Below, in pieces: positions 17,109-25,774 of a stretch of 38,549 nt of DNA. The first letter of the stretch is position 1, and every line of letters begins with the position of its first letter. This stretch comes from a virus. The notes under the pieces are model-generated. The model worked only from the letters and a program-made list of their open reading frames with translations. It made no database searches and had not been told where the DNA came from. Both the position numbers and the translations under genes were made by a program. Location: positions 1 through 38,549 of the IMG/VR virus record IMGVR_UViG_3300025892_000004. The stretch is one strand, 5' to 3'.

Positions 17109-19022
17109 TTACGCTGCCTCAATGTCTACGAGTTCACAGACGCCACCAACGCAAGCCATTGTCTGACTGCCTTTAGTGTTGTCCTCTTTCTCGTATTCTG
17201 TAAGTTTGCCCCAGTCGATGCGACTAGGCATCTTTCGCTTGGCTGCCTCATACTCCATCTCTGTGCAGTCCTGATAAGGAGCCTGTTGGTATGTATGCTC
17301 GAACTTTGGCAAGAAAGAGACACCAGACATTTCGTCAAAGTACTTGTAGACAAATGCACCTACCTCTTCCCATTCATCTTCTCCTACATCGACGGTCACT
17401 GACGGCTTATGGCAAGTATAATGCCTTTGGTACATGAGCCACATATTTAACTGGTCGATGGCTGTCATATCATGCCGAGTTATAGATCCGACCGGACTCT
17501 CTATTGGAAAACTAAAGACAGTCGTTTGATCAGGTTTCATAACACATGGCTCACTAGGTATCCCTTGGTCAATCATGAACTGCGTCAGTGGATCTTTATT
17601 GTCTCCACGCACTGTACGAATGTAGAAGTCATTGTATCGAGCGTGAATCCCAGAAGCCGTTTGACACAGTTGTGAAACCGTCCCACTTGGCTTGACCGCT
17701 GTGACTGCAGCCGACTTATTGATACCCAACTGATTGGCATAGAACGCATTTGTATCCACAGCAATCTTTCGTAGCATCTGTAGTCGAGAATTTAGGTTCG
17801 GTTGCTTACCGTTGGTCAGGGTGTTGTCCATAATCCCAGTCATCGATACGCCTAACAGTGCCTCTTTCTCTGTCGTCTCTTTCCAGATTGGACGGAGGTA
17901 GGGGAAGTAGGTGAAGGTTGCTTGGATGGTTCCTAAGATACTGGCCAGTCTAATTTTGCGGCAGATCGAGTCCATTGTGTCAGTCTGGCGAATGCAAACC
18001 TCTGTTAGATTGCACAGTTGGTGTGGTAAAAGGGTGATTTCGCTGCAAGGATTGGTGCCATAGAGAGCCTCTGGATCTCGCTTACCATCGGCTAAACACC
18101 GATCTTGGACTGCCTTGCGATTAAAGATGCCACGTTCACCAGATCCTGATGCAACTAAAGCATTCCATTCCTCTATGAATGCCTCGTGACTTGGCTTCTC
18201 AGAGTAGGCTACAGAGTTATTGGCTAAAGCGAAGTGAGGGTTGTCTTTCCACCACTCGCCACTCTTGGCTTCACGCATTTCAGTGTCACCGAGGTCCGAG
18301 AGGCTGATCATGGCTGACCTTCGCACACCGCCGACCACAACTACATCACCAATCTTAGTCATGATGCTATGGACCTCGAGAGGCGTTAGGTTTCTCCCGA
18401 CTGCACCTTGGAACGTCGTGATCGTATGATCGAACAGATCCACAAGTGGCTGTGGTCCAGACGCACGTCCACCGAATGTCTTTAGTCGGGCTCCTGCAGG
18501 GCGAACTTGAGAGATGTTAAACTTTGGTATTCTGCCGAGGTAAAGTTCCTCGATGAGTTGCCTATAGGCATCAGCCCATCCTTCTTTGGAGTCTAGGACG
18601 GTGATGATGTTATTTAGGTCTGACTCATAGAGAGAACTTGGAACGCCTTGGAGTTTATTGACGAACTGACTTTCAACGCTGTAGCCGACACCAGTTCCGT
18701 TCAATAGGATATATAGGACCTCATCAAAGCATCTATAATGATTGATAGGTGTGTAAGAGCAGTTGTAACCTGCAAGGTGGTCTCGTTCCAATGCAGGACC
18801 TGCGGTCATCATCGATCTCATGGATGGCATAATGTCGAGGTTGAGGATGGCTTCCTCTATCTCTTTGTGGACCTCTCTCTTGACTTTATCTCCGACCACA
18901 TTCGACATATAGCGATCTACTGTCTCAGTCCAAGTTTCCCTACGTCCCTCATCCTCAATCCATCGAGCATATCGACTTGTGTGGATGAACGCCTGATAAT
19001 CGGTAGGTAGGTAGTTATTCAT
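17109..19022 (-). CDS. nrdJ: Ribonucleotide reductase, class II (adenosylcobalamin-dependent) type
   Basis: A 637-aa single-chain RNR. It has an N-terminal FIHTSRYARWIEDEGRRETWTETVDRY motif, the active-site TNPCSEITL motif and a C-terminal redox Cys pair (CVGGVCE). No separate small-subunit gene is present. Confidence 0.8.
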   Translation of the reverse strand: MNNYLPTDYQAFIHTSRYARWIEDEGRRETWTETVDRYMSNVVGDKVKREVHKEIEEAILNLDIMPSMRSMMTAGPALERDHLAGYNCSYTPINHYRCFDEVLYILLNGTGVGYSVESQFVNKLQGVPSSLYESDLNNIITVLDSKEGWADAYRQLIEELYLGRIPKFNISQVRPAGARLKTFGGRASGPQPLVDLFDHTITTFQGAVGRNLTPLEVHSIMTKIGDVVVVGGVRRSAMISLSDLGDTEMREAKSGEWWKDNPHFALANNSVAYSEKPSHEAFIEEWNALVASGSGERGIFNRKAVQDRCLADGKRDPEALYGTNPCSEITLLPHQLCNLTEVCIRQTDTMDSICRKIRLASILGTIQATFTYFPYLRPIWKETTEKEALLGVSMTGIMDNTLTNGKQPNLNSRLQMLRKIAVDTNAFYANQLGINKSAAVTAVKPSGTVSQLCQTASGIHARYNDFYIRTVRGDNKDPLTQFMIDQGIPSEPCVMKPDQTTVFSFPIESPVGSITRHDMTAIDQLNMWLMYQRHYTCHKPSVTVDVGEDEWEEVGAFVYKYFDEMSGVSFLPKFEHTYQQAPYQDCTEMEYEAAKRKMPSRIDWGKLTEYEKEDNTKGSQTMACVGGVCELVDIEAA

Positions 19023-19236
19023 TGATTTCTTTTCCCTTTAGTTCGTTGATCCGCATTTCGATGTATCTTTTTGCTTTTTCTAAATCTTTGATCTCATCGT
19101 CTTTGTATCCTGCGCGGCACACGTACTTGATGACGTTGCCTCGCCAGAACTCGAAGCGGTTTTTTTGGATAAATATGATCGGCTCAATCGGAAACTGAGT
19201 GTAATGATCAGGTGCTTTTATATCGTCTTTAGACAT
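19015..19236 (-). CDS. DUF3310-family protein (T7 gp1.7 C-terminal-like)
   Basis: PDHYTQFPIEPIIFI...GNVIKYVCRAGYK...DLEKAKRYIEMRI matches the DUF3310 pattern, from memory. Confidence 0.7.
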   Translation of the reverse strand: MSKDDIKAPDHYTQFPIEPIIFIQKNRFEFWRGNVIKYVCRAGYKDDEIKDLEKAKRYIEMRINELKGKEINE

Positions 19237-19567
19237 TCGGTTGGTATCCTCGGCTTCTCAGGACTCGACCGATGTTTCTAATCGGAGTTCCCATCACCTG
19301 TGCAATCTTTGCCCAAGTCATTCCTTGGTTGTGGAGTTCGACAATCCGAGAGCATCTGTCCCTAATCTGCTGACGAGTAGACGCTTTGTTATCTGACATG
19401 CGCTCTCTGTCGGCATAGGTTTCTACGTCATACAAGATATTTCTCTCGTGTACCCAAGCGTTACGCTTATGACCGTTGTATCGAGCAAAGCGTTCACACT
19501 CTGCCTTGCACATTCTTTCGTACTCGCTCCAGTTGTTGAGGATGTTTTGTTCCATTGTAGTAGTCAT
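19229..19567 (-). CDS. HTH DNA-binding protein (112 aa)
   Basis: C-terminal helix-turn-helix MTWAKIAQVMGTPIRNIGRVLRS. The ATG at 19567 forms an ATGA overlap with the exonuclease stop. Confidence 0.6.
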   Translation of the reverse strand: MTTTMEQNILNNWSEYERMCKAECERFARYNGHKRNAWVHERNILYDVETYADRERMSDNKASTRQQIRDRCSRIVELHNQGMTWAKIAQVMGTPIRNIGRVLRSRGYQPNV

Positions 19568-20319
19568 GCAGCAGGTTCCCATAGTTTTACCTCACCCTTT
19601 TCATCATCCCAATCAGTGGAACGAAGGATCCGAGCAAGTCGCGCTTGAGTCAGCGCATAGTTAAAGTCGAGTTTTTCTTTTTGATAGGCGTTGACGACAA
19701 GCCGCCAATTAGGCGACATGCCAAGCACTTTTTCTGCAGTCTTTGGTCCGATCTTTGGACAACCTGCGTAACCGTCCGTAACATCTCCAGTCAGCGTCTG
19801 CGTAAAGAATTGCCTATCTGCATCTTGCAGAGAGATATCATGACGCTCGTCGGATTGCGGTCTGTACAGACGACATGGTATAGACTTCATGTCTTTATCG
19901 TCAGACACGATGATGGCTTTTGTGCCTTCTACTGAACCCATGATGCCCATGACATCATCAGCCTCGAGACTGTCAATTTGGATGGCCTCATAGTTATCTT
20001 TAATCCAATCGATCATCACTGGATAACCAATCGGCTTTCTAGTCTTCTTTCGACCTGCTTTGTAAGTAGGTTCTACCGACTTTCGAAAGTTGTTGTGTCC
20101 AGAAAAAGTTATGATGATATCTTCCGCTCGTAACTTGAGTTTGAAGAACTCCATCATTTCGTCGAAGGCTTTCTTAGCCTCTTTCAGATCCGTAGACAGG
20201 CTCCAGATGTCTTCTCCCCAGTCTGTCTCAGTTTCACACGCACTGAGTACGCGATAGAGATAGAGGTCTCCGTCAATCAGCAGGGTTGTCTGGTGGAAGG
20301 ATTTCTTTAAGGACTTCAT
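19564..20319 (-). CDS. 5'-3' exonuclease / flap endonuclease (T7 gp6-like)
   Basis: 251 aa with an N-terminal TLLIDGDLYLYR PIN-like motif and further acidic clusters (SLEADDVMG, IVSDDKDM). It lies after the DNAP gene, as in T7. Confidence 0.8.
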   Translation of the reverse strand: MKSLKKSFHQTTLLIDGDLYLYRVLSACETETDWGEDIWSLSTDLKEAKKAFDEMMEFFKLKLRAEDIIITFSGHNNFRKSVEPTYKAGRKKTRKPIGYPVMIDWIKDNYEAIQIDSLEADDVMGIMGSVEGTKAIIVSDDKDMKSIPCRLYRPQSDERHDISLQDADRQFFTQTLTGDVTDGYAGCPKIGPKTAEKVLGMSPNWRLVVNAYQKEKLDFNYALTQARLARILRSTDWDDEKGEVKLWEPAA

Positions 20320-20650
20320 CGATTTCTCCTTTCGTTTCCATACCGACGTCTGTGATGCACCATCGTGATCCCCAGACGTCCGTATCGACTTTAGTTGTTA
20401 TGAACCCCTCAGATGCCGCTATAGCAACGTGCATCGCACCCTTCCGAGCAAAGTCAGACTTCACTGTGAATGGGTTACGCCAAGATCTATCGAGAACGAT
20501 ATAGAGGGATACTAGATTACTTAGGTGTTCATCGACATCAGTGTGTGTCACACCAATTTTGTCCCACGGTATGTTCTGCGGCGATGGGGATTTTAAGTCC
20601 GAGAGCAACTCCTGCTTCTTTCGCCATTCGTCTAGCGATATTACCGACAT
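20273..20650 (-). CDS. Hypothetical protein (up to 125 aa; start uncertain) overlapping the DNAP 3' end
   Basis: The ATG at 20650 has a good SD (GAGGT, 8-nt spacer) but lies 113 nt inside the DNAP gene. The ORF also overlaps the exonuclease start by 47 nt. It fills the otherwise empty 218-nt DNAP-exonuclease gap. Confidence 0.5.
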   Translation of the reverse strand: MSVISLDEWRKKQELLSDLKSPSPQNIPWDKIGVTHTDVDEHLSNLVSLYIVLDRSWRNPFTVKSDFARKGAMHVAIAASEGFITTKVDTDVWGSRWCITDVGMETKGEIDEVLKEILPPDNPAD

Positions 20651-22304
20651 TTTCTGCTACCTCATTATTCCGGCAAGCAATCTGCATCTCGTCGTGGATC
20701 CACCCCATGATAAAAGCATCGTTGCCGTGTTGTTTCTTGATTTCATCGAAGGTCATCATCACCCACTGCTTTGACACAATGCTTCCGCATGATTGCAAAA
20801 GTTGGCTTAGACAGCGATGCTCACTACGGATCTTTAACTTCCGTCCATCGATGCCTTTGATGTACCCTCGTTTATAGGCTTGCTTTAGTCGTTTCTTTAG
20901 AGTGGCAAAAGCCGGAACGGCCTTGTCATAGTTTTGCTTTAGTCTTCTTCCGAGCGAGGCGTTACCACCTGCTATCTGTCCTATCAGGGCGTCACCTGCC
21001 CCGAAAAGCGTTGCATAGAGCCATGTTTTCGCTTGGCTGCGCGTCTTTAAACCTGCAGCCTTTTGATTGAAGGTGTGGATGTCGCCCTCGAGGATCACCT
21101 TACAGTACTCACCGCCATCATAAGGATGGAGATAAGAGGCTAATGCTCTCGCCTCGATGCCTGACAAATCTGTGCCGCACATGACCCAACCTTTAGGAGG
21201 ACCAAAGAGACTTCTGCACTCTTTGCCATACGCAGATCCGGCGCTAGGCACCTGACCCAAGTTTGGTGATCGATGAGCCGCTCTCGACGAGGTACAAGCG
21301 TTGGACACAATAGTGTGTCGTAGTCTGCCGTCGTCACTGACCTTCTTCATCCATGATCCATTACCTTCAGCCAACATGCCGATCCGTTTCTGTAGTAGAA
21401 AGAACTCACCTAGTTTCTTGGCTTCTGGGAAGGGAAGGGCGTTTAAGACCTTTTCGTCGATCTTGGCCTGACCGCTGTCTGTCCATTGTTTGGGCTTCCA
21501 GTTGTACTTATCCTCGAGGCACTTCTGGATATGCTGACGAGACCCTGCGTTAAAGTAGACTGTCTTGCTTTTGACAAACAGTTCGTCCTTCTTGTATCCG
21601 AGTGTCTTGTTGTCTCGCTTTGGATAGAAGTCTTCAGTCACTTCCCACGGTGGAAATAGATCCTTCAGACTATCCTCGATCTCGTGTCTCTTCTGACTCA
21701 GTTCTGCGTATAGTTCTGCAGCCGCTGAACCATCAAAGGTCCATCCGTTGCTGCCGATCTCTCTGCAGATCTCAGCCATCCGGTGTTCCAGATGTATCGA
21801 GTGTTCGCTTGGCTGTGTCTTCATTAGAGACTTGTAGAGGGTAAGAGTGACTGCAGTGTCTTGGACACAGTACGATAGCATCTCTTCAGAGAACTCTTCC
21901 CATCCACCACTATAATCATCCTTGAAGTCAGACAATCGAAGACCCCAAGCCTTCAGACTATGACTGCCCCAAAGTCGCTTTGGAAACTCATCTTGAGTAA
22001 AGCCTCTCTCTGCATCCTCAGCAACCAACTCATTCTTAATCAGCCTAGAGAGGACTAAGGTATCCGTAACCGTGCCTGACGGTTTGAAGTCGGGATAGAT
22101 AAGTTGAATTGCAGGGATGTCAAAGTCGATGATGTTGTGTCCTATGATCTCATCGGCTTCAGCTAACAGTTGGACACCTTCAGCGACATTATCTGGTCTA
22201 AAAGATCTAACGTCTTTGTCGTCTACCGACCGCAACACGAGACAGTGCATTCTGTCCATCGTTGGCAGTAGGCCATTGCTCTCTAAGTCGAAGACCCATC
22301 TCAA
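20538..22304 (-). CDS. DNA polymerase, family A (T7 gp5-like, short form)
   Basis: ExoI FDLESNGL; motif A GTDLSGIEARALA; motif B RSQAKTWLYATLFGAG; motif C WIHDEMQIA. At 588 aa there is no room for a thioredoxin-binding insertion. Confidence 0.9.
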   Translation of the reverse strand: MRWVFDLESNGLLPTMDRMHCLVLRSVDDKDVRSFRPDNVAEGVQLLAEADEIIGHNIIDFDIPAIQLIYPDFKPSGTVTDTLVLSRLIKNELVAEDAERGFTQDEFPKRLWGSHSLKAWGLRLSDFKDDYSGGWEEFSEEMLSYCVQDTAVTLTLYKSLMKTQPSEHSIHLEHRMAEICREIGSNGWTFDGSAAAELYAELSQKRHEIEDSLKDLFPPWEVTEDFYPKRDNKTLGYKKDELFVKSKTVYFNAGSRQHIQKCLEDKYNWKPKQWTDSGQAKIDEKVLNALPFPEAKKLGEFFLLQKRIGMLAEGNGSWMKKVSDDGRLRHTIVSNACTSSRAAHRSPNLGQVPSAGSAYGKECRSLFGPPKGWVMCGTDLSGIEARALASYLHPYDGGEYCKVILEGDIHTFNQKAAGLKTRSQAKTWLYATLFGAGDALIGQIAGGNASLGRRLKQNYDKAVPAFATLKKRLKQAYKRGYIKGIDGRKLKIRSEHRCLSQLLQSCGSIVSKQWVMMTFDEIKKQHGNDAFIMGWIHDEMQIACRNNEVAENVGNIARRMAKEAGVALGLKIPIAAEHTVGQNWCDTH

Positions 22305-22666
22305 CGGTTGTCTCCAGAGCCGCCTATAACACCACGCTCTTTTCTATCTGCTAGTTTTTCAATGTTCATTTTGGCTATGTCGTTGAGAGAGATGTTTAGA
22401 TCCCTTGATAGGGCGGCAATGTACCAAAGCACGTCACCCAACTCAGCAGCCACAGTCAGTCGCTGTTTGTCGGTCAAAGCAAAGCCTTCGACGGAAACGT
22501 GTTCGTCCCTCATTATTTTCTTCAGAGCGCCACAGACCTCACCTGCCTCATTCGCCAATCCGAGGGCAGGATAGATGATTTTGTCACGATAGATTGCTGT
22601 CTCGGCTGTGTCCGCCTGATATGCGTTCAAGGTGTAGTTATCAAATTCTGACGGTCTCTTTATCAT
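22301..22666 (-). CDS. mazG: MazG-like nucleotide pyrophosphohydrolase
   Basis: LANEAGEVCGALKKIMRDE and AELGDVLWYIAAL motifs. There are ATGA overlaps with both neighbouring genes. I took the start at 22666. Confidence 0.8.
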   Translation of the reverse strand: MIKRPSEFDNYTLNAYQADTAETAIYRDKIIYPALGLANEAGEVCGALKKIMRDEHVSVEGFALTDKQRLTVAAELGDVLWYIAALSRDLNISLNDIAKMNIEKLADRKERGVIGGSGDNR

Positions 22667-23010
22667 TTCACTGCTCTCCAGACTTTTTGATTTCTTCCGC
22701 GAAAGTTCTTGCGGACCCCAACACACTCAATGACACCATCGTCCGTGAGTTTCTTGAAACTTGATGTGACTGATCCATAAGGCATGTGTGGTAACTTTTG
22801 CTGTATCTCAGAACTGATGATCCCTCGATCACCTGCATCCAAAATTACCTTGAGGATCTGTCGCTCTTTTTTAGAATGGTTGACTGAATGATACGCTTGA
22901 ACAGACGTTCTCAACGTGTAGTCGAGATAAGCATCAGCCATCTTATTGATTTCAGCGTTACTCATTACCAAGGGCAACTCTGATTGTTGCCAGTTCTTTA
23001 AGTCGTTCAT
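22663..23010 (-). CDS. Winged-helix (MarR-like) DNA-binding protein (putative)
   Basis: 115 aa. KKERQILKVILDAGDRGIISSEIQQKL...GSVTSSFKKLTDDGVIECVG resembles a wHTH fold. Confidence 0.5.
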   Translation of the reverse strand: MNDLKNWQQSELPLVMSNAEINKMADAYLDYTLRTSVQAYHSVNHSKKERQILKVILDAGDRGIISSEIQQKLPHMPYGSVTSSFKKLTDDGVIECVGVRKNFRGRNQKVWRAVK

Positions 23011-23024
23011 TAGTTTGCTCCTGT

Positions 23025-24623
23025 TTAAAATGGGCTAAAATCTTCTACCGACACGAGACGCCCTTTTTCTCTGTCGTACTGGAGTTGATCTGCAGGACCG
23101 ACTTCGCCTGTGAAACGGTTCTTGAGGACAACGAGATTTCTTAGACCTGCCGTGGGATCCTCTGGATCAACTTCGAGCCCGATACATCCGTCACTCAACT
23201 GAGCGATAGAATGCGAGGATCTGAGTTGTGCGAGAGATACCTTGGCACCTCCCTCGTGGCCTGTGTCGCCACTCGGACGACGAAGGTGAGACACAAGGAT
23301 CAACGCTAGGTCTAACTCACTACAGAGAACACGAAGGCGGTGGATGATTGAATCTACAAGAGTACGTTCATTAGTCGTCTCTCCAGTAAGGCCACTGATT
23401 AATATCGATACGTGGTCTAACACGATAACGTCACAATTAAGCCCATGCTTCATGTACCTGATGCGGTTCTCGATGGTGTCCATGTCTGTGGATCCGAAGT
23501 GATCGAAGAGGTATATCGGACCTTGGGAGAGAAGGTCTTCAAAGCCATCTTCGATCTCTTCTTTGGAAGCAGCGTCATCATCGATCACAATGTTCTTGTT
23601 GATGTGGATGCCTACCAAACCTTGGGAGGTTCGCTTGGTAGACTCTTCCAACATCATCATGCCTACAGTGAACCCATCAGAATGGATCTTATAGGCGAAC
23701 TCTCTGATCAATGTGCTTTTGCCGACACCGCTTCCGGCTGCCAACGTGATCAGTCCTGTTCTGATCCCCTTGAGCATTTCGTTGAGTTTTGGATATGGAT
23801 ATTTGATTGGTGACTCAGCGTCTTTGACAGCGATGGTGTCTCTAAGATCTTCCATGCTGACGATGCCATCTGGTCTGTAACTTTGAGCCTGATGGATCGC
23901 CGTAATTATTGCGCCTGACTGTCCCTTCAAGAGACACTCGTTTGGATCTTTATGGGGCAACACGGCAATCTTTGTTTTGCCTAGTGGCAAGACTTCGGCA
24001 CATGCTTTTGCACTGTCGATCCCTGCCTCATCCTGATCAAACATCAAGATAATCTCTTCGAAGTTGTTGAGGTAGTCGAGTGCTTTCAGTAAATGCTTCT
24101 TTGCTGACTGCGCCCCATGAGGAAGTCCGACTGTTGCAAATTTATTACCTTGGATCATCGAGACGGTCATGGTGTCAATTTCACCTTCGCAAACCACGAT
24201 CTTCTTGCCTGACGACCACAAGTGTTGAGCGTAGAGACCCATCTCTTTGGCTTTGCCCACTGTTGAAAACTGTTTGTCTTTAGTCCTGATCTTCTGCGCG
24301 ACTGGCTTACCTTGCCTGTCCTTGTAGGTGGCGATCTGAACTGATTGTCCTTTGTGTAGACCAACGCGATAGTCGAACTTACGGCAAGTCGCCTCGTCTA
24401 TCTGTCTGGCTCGTAACTCTTTGAACTCTCCGCTTAAGAGTTCTACACCCTCCTCTATCACCTTTACGGAGTGGTAGTCGGTGTCTCCATCGCCTGACGT
24501 GTACGTCTCGCAACTAAAACACCACATCGATCCATCTGTATATAGCGAGTTGGCGTCACTCGAGCCGCACTTGTCACACGGCTCATGCCGCACGAAGTCG
24601 GCTCCATCCGTTGATGGCTCCAT
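23025..24623 (-). CDS. Bifunctional primase-helicase (T7 gp4-like)
   Basis: Zn-ribbon CDKCGSSD...CFSCETY; TOPRIM VVCEGEIDTMTVS; Walker A AAGSGVGKST; Walker B-like VIVLDHVS. The start at 24623 has AGGAGA 6 nt upstream. Confidence 0.9.
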   Translation of the reverse strand: MEPSTDGADFVRHEPCDKCGSSDANSLYTDGSMWCFSCETYTSGDGDTDYHSVKVIEEGVELLSGEFKELRARQIDEATCRKFDYRVGLHKGQSVQIATYKDRQGKPVAQKIRTKDKQFSTVGKAKEMGLYAQHLWSSGKKIVVCEGEIDTMTVSMIQGNKFATVGLPHGAQSAKKHLLKALDYLNNFEEIILMFDQDEAGIDSAKACAEVLPLGKTKIAVLPHKDPNECLLKGQSGAIITAIHQAQSYRPDGIVSMEDLRDTIAVKDAESPIKYPYPKLNEMLKGIRTGLITLAAGSGVGKSTLIREFAYKIHSDGFTVGMMMLEESTKRTSQGLVGIHINKNIVIDDDAASKEEIEDGFEDLLSQGPIYLFDHFGSTDMDTIENRIRYMKHGLNCDVIVLDHVSILISGLTGETTNERTLVDSIIHRLRVLCSELDLALILVSHLRRPSGDTGHEGGAKVSLAQLRSSHSIAQLSDGCIGLEVDPEDPTAGLRNLVVLKNRFTGEVGPADQLQYDREKGRLVSVEDFSPF

Positions 24624-24660
24624 AGTCATTCTCCTGTCTGTAAGTAAAAAAGGAGCCGTC

Positions 24661-25122
24661 CTAAGACGACCCCTTGCTCTCGCTTGATTGGACACACTCG
24701 GCTATCCAGTCATCTGGAATGACCTTATGCGCCCATCGGAAACCATGCTTTTCGCAGTAGTCGGCGTAAGTAGTTTTCGATCCCTTGTAGAGTTTGGCTC
24801 TACTGTTTGAGAAGACAAAACGAATATCGATATCAGGCTGTTGATCACGAATAAGCAAATGCTTGGCTCGATCTGCAACTGCCCAGATACCTTTACTTTC
24901 TAAATACCAATAGCCGTTTTGCTTCGGGAGTTTGAAGTCAGGCGTGTACTTCGCGTTCCTCGAAGGGACGACATACTGGATCTTGTCGGTCTCATATAGA
25001 ACTTCGATCTTGTGGGATCTCAACTGTTTAGCAATAGTTTCCTCAAGACCCGACCGATATCCATTAGCCAAGCCTCGATAGAAAGATCTGTTCCTTCTAG
25101 GTAAACTAGAAGTCATCATCAT
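24661..25122 (-). CDS. Holliday-junction-resolving endonuclease (T7 endonuclease I / gp3-like)
   Basis: SGLEETIAKQL...YTPDFKLP...ESKG...RAKHLLIRDQQPDIDIRFVFSNSRAKLYKGSKTTYADYCEKHGF closely parallels T7 gp3. Confidence 0.9.
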   Translation of the reverse strand: MMMTSSLPRRNRSFYRGLANGYRSGLEETIAKQLRSHKIEVLYETDKIQYVVPSRNAKYTPDFKLPKQNGYWYLESKGIWAVADRAKHLLIRDQQPDIDIRFVFSNSRAKLYKGSKTTYADYCEKHGFRWAHKVIPDDWIAECVQSSESKGSS

Positions 25123-25663
25123 CTAGTTCATCTACTGGAGTTCCATTTGCTGATGACCATTCGCCATCATTATCTTCTATGGAAAACTCTCCATCTTCAA
25201 CAGCATCAAAGCCTCCTCCGTCGCCAGAAAAGCCGTCAACTACCTTAACCAGTTGTACCCGATCAAGAAGTAATCCGACGCCGTTAGTACCGCTAACGCT
25301 ATAAATGTTTAGGATACCTGCAGCCTTCAATCTGGAGCCGCCATTGACTCGAGGCAACTTCTCCGGAGTAATCACTTGACCATTTGAGTCGTAGTATTTC
25401 GGTTGATATTTACTTTGTACTTTGAAACTGACTTGTCCGGTCTCGTCGTCTTTGGAAAACGCAAACTTAATATTCTTCTTGTTACCAAATGCGTCTGCAG
25501 CCGCCTCCCTCATCATTTTCATGAGAGGCTCGGCTTCCTTGGGTGTCATTAACAACTCTGTTTTGTACTTTGGGTTGTCCTTGTCAAACGCTGAGTCTGG
25601 AGTGTTCAGATGCGGATATTTCGCAGTTCCTACAGCCGTTTGGAATGGTGTTACTTTTGGCAT
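25106..25663 (-). CDS. ssDNA-binding protein (T7 gp2.5-like)
   Basis: 185 aa with N-terminal FQTAVGTAKYPHLNTPD and the hallmark acidic C-terminal tail ending DELDDDDF. Confidence 0.85.
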   Translation of the reverse strand: MPKVTPFQTAVGTAKYPHLNTPDSAFDKDNPKYKTELLMTPKEAEPLMKMMREAAADAFGNKKNIKFAFSKDDETGQVSFKVQSKYQPKYYDSNGQVITPEKLPRVNGGSRLKAAGILNIYSVSGTNGVGLLLDRVQLVKVVDGFSGDGGGFDAVEDGEFSIEDNDGEWSSANGTPVDELDDDDF

Positions 25664-25677
25664 ACTTTTGTCCTTTT

Positions 25678-25715
25678 AGAAAAAGGGGCGGACCCCAGTT
25701 ACAGAAGTCCGCCCC
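25678..25715 (-). terminator. Hairpin plus T-run between the RNAP and SSB genes
   Basis: Minus strand: GGGGCGGAC, a 13-nt loop, GTCCGCCCC, then TTTTTCT. The SSB SD lies directly after it. Confidence 0.7.
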
Positions 25716-25749
25716 AGACAGGGAGAGATAAAAAGAAGAAAGACATCGC

Positions 25750-25772
25750 TTCCTTCAAGAGGGGGACATAAG
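25750..25772 (-). promoter_or_regulatory. Candidate phage-RNAP promoter (P_B)
   Basis: Minus strand: TTATGTCCCCCTCTTGAAGGAAG. It shares TGTCCCCCT plus N3-4 plus GAAG/GAAAG with the sites at 28405-28428 and 31889-31911. Confidence 0.4.
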
Positions 25773-25774
25773 TA

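Noticed and set aside
16892-17176. Plus-strand 94-aa ORF
   Set aside because: It runs straight through the 17031-17061 terminator hairpin and is antisense to both the 79-aa gene and the RNR 3' end. Its composition is hydrophobic and low-complexity.
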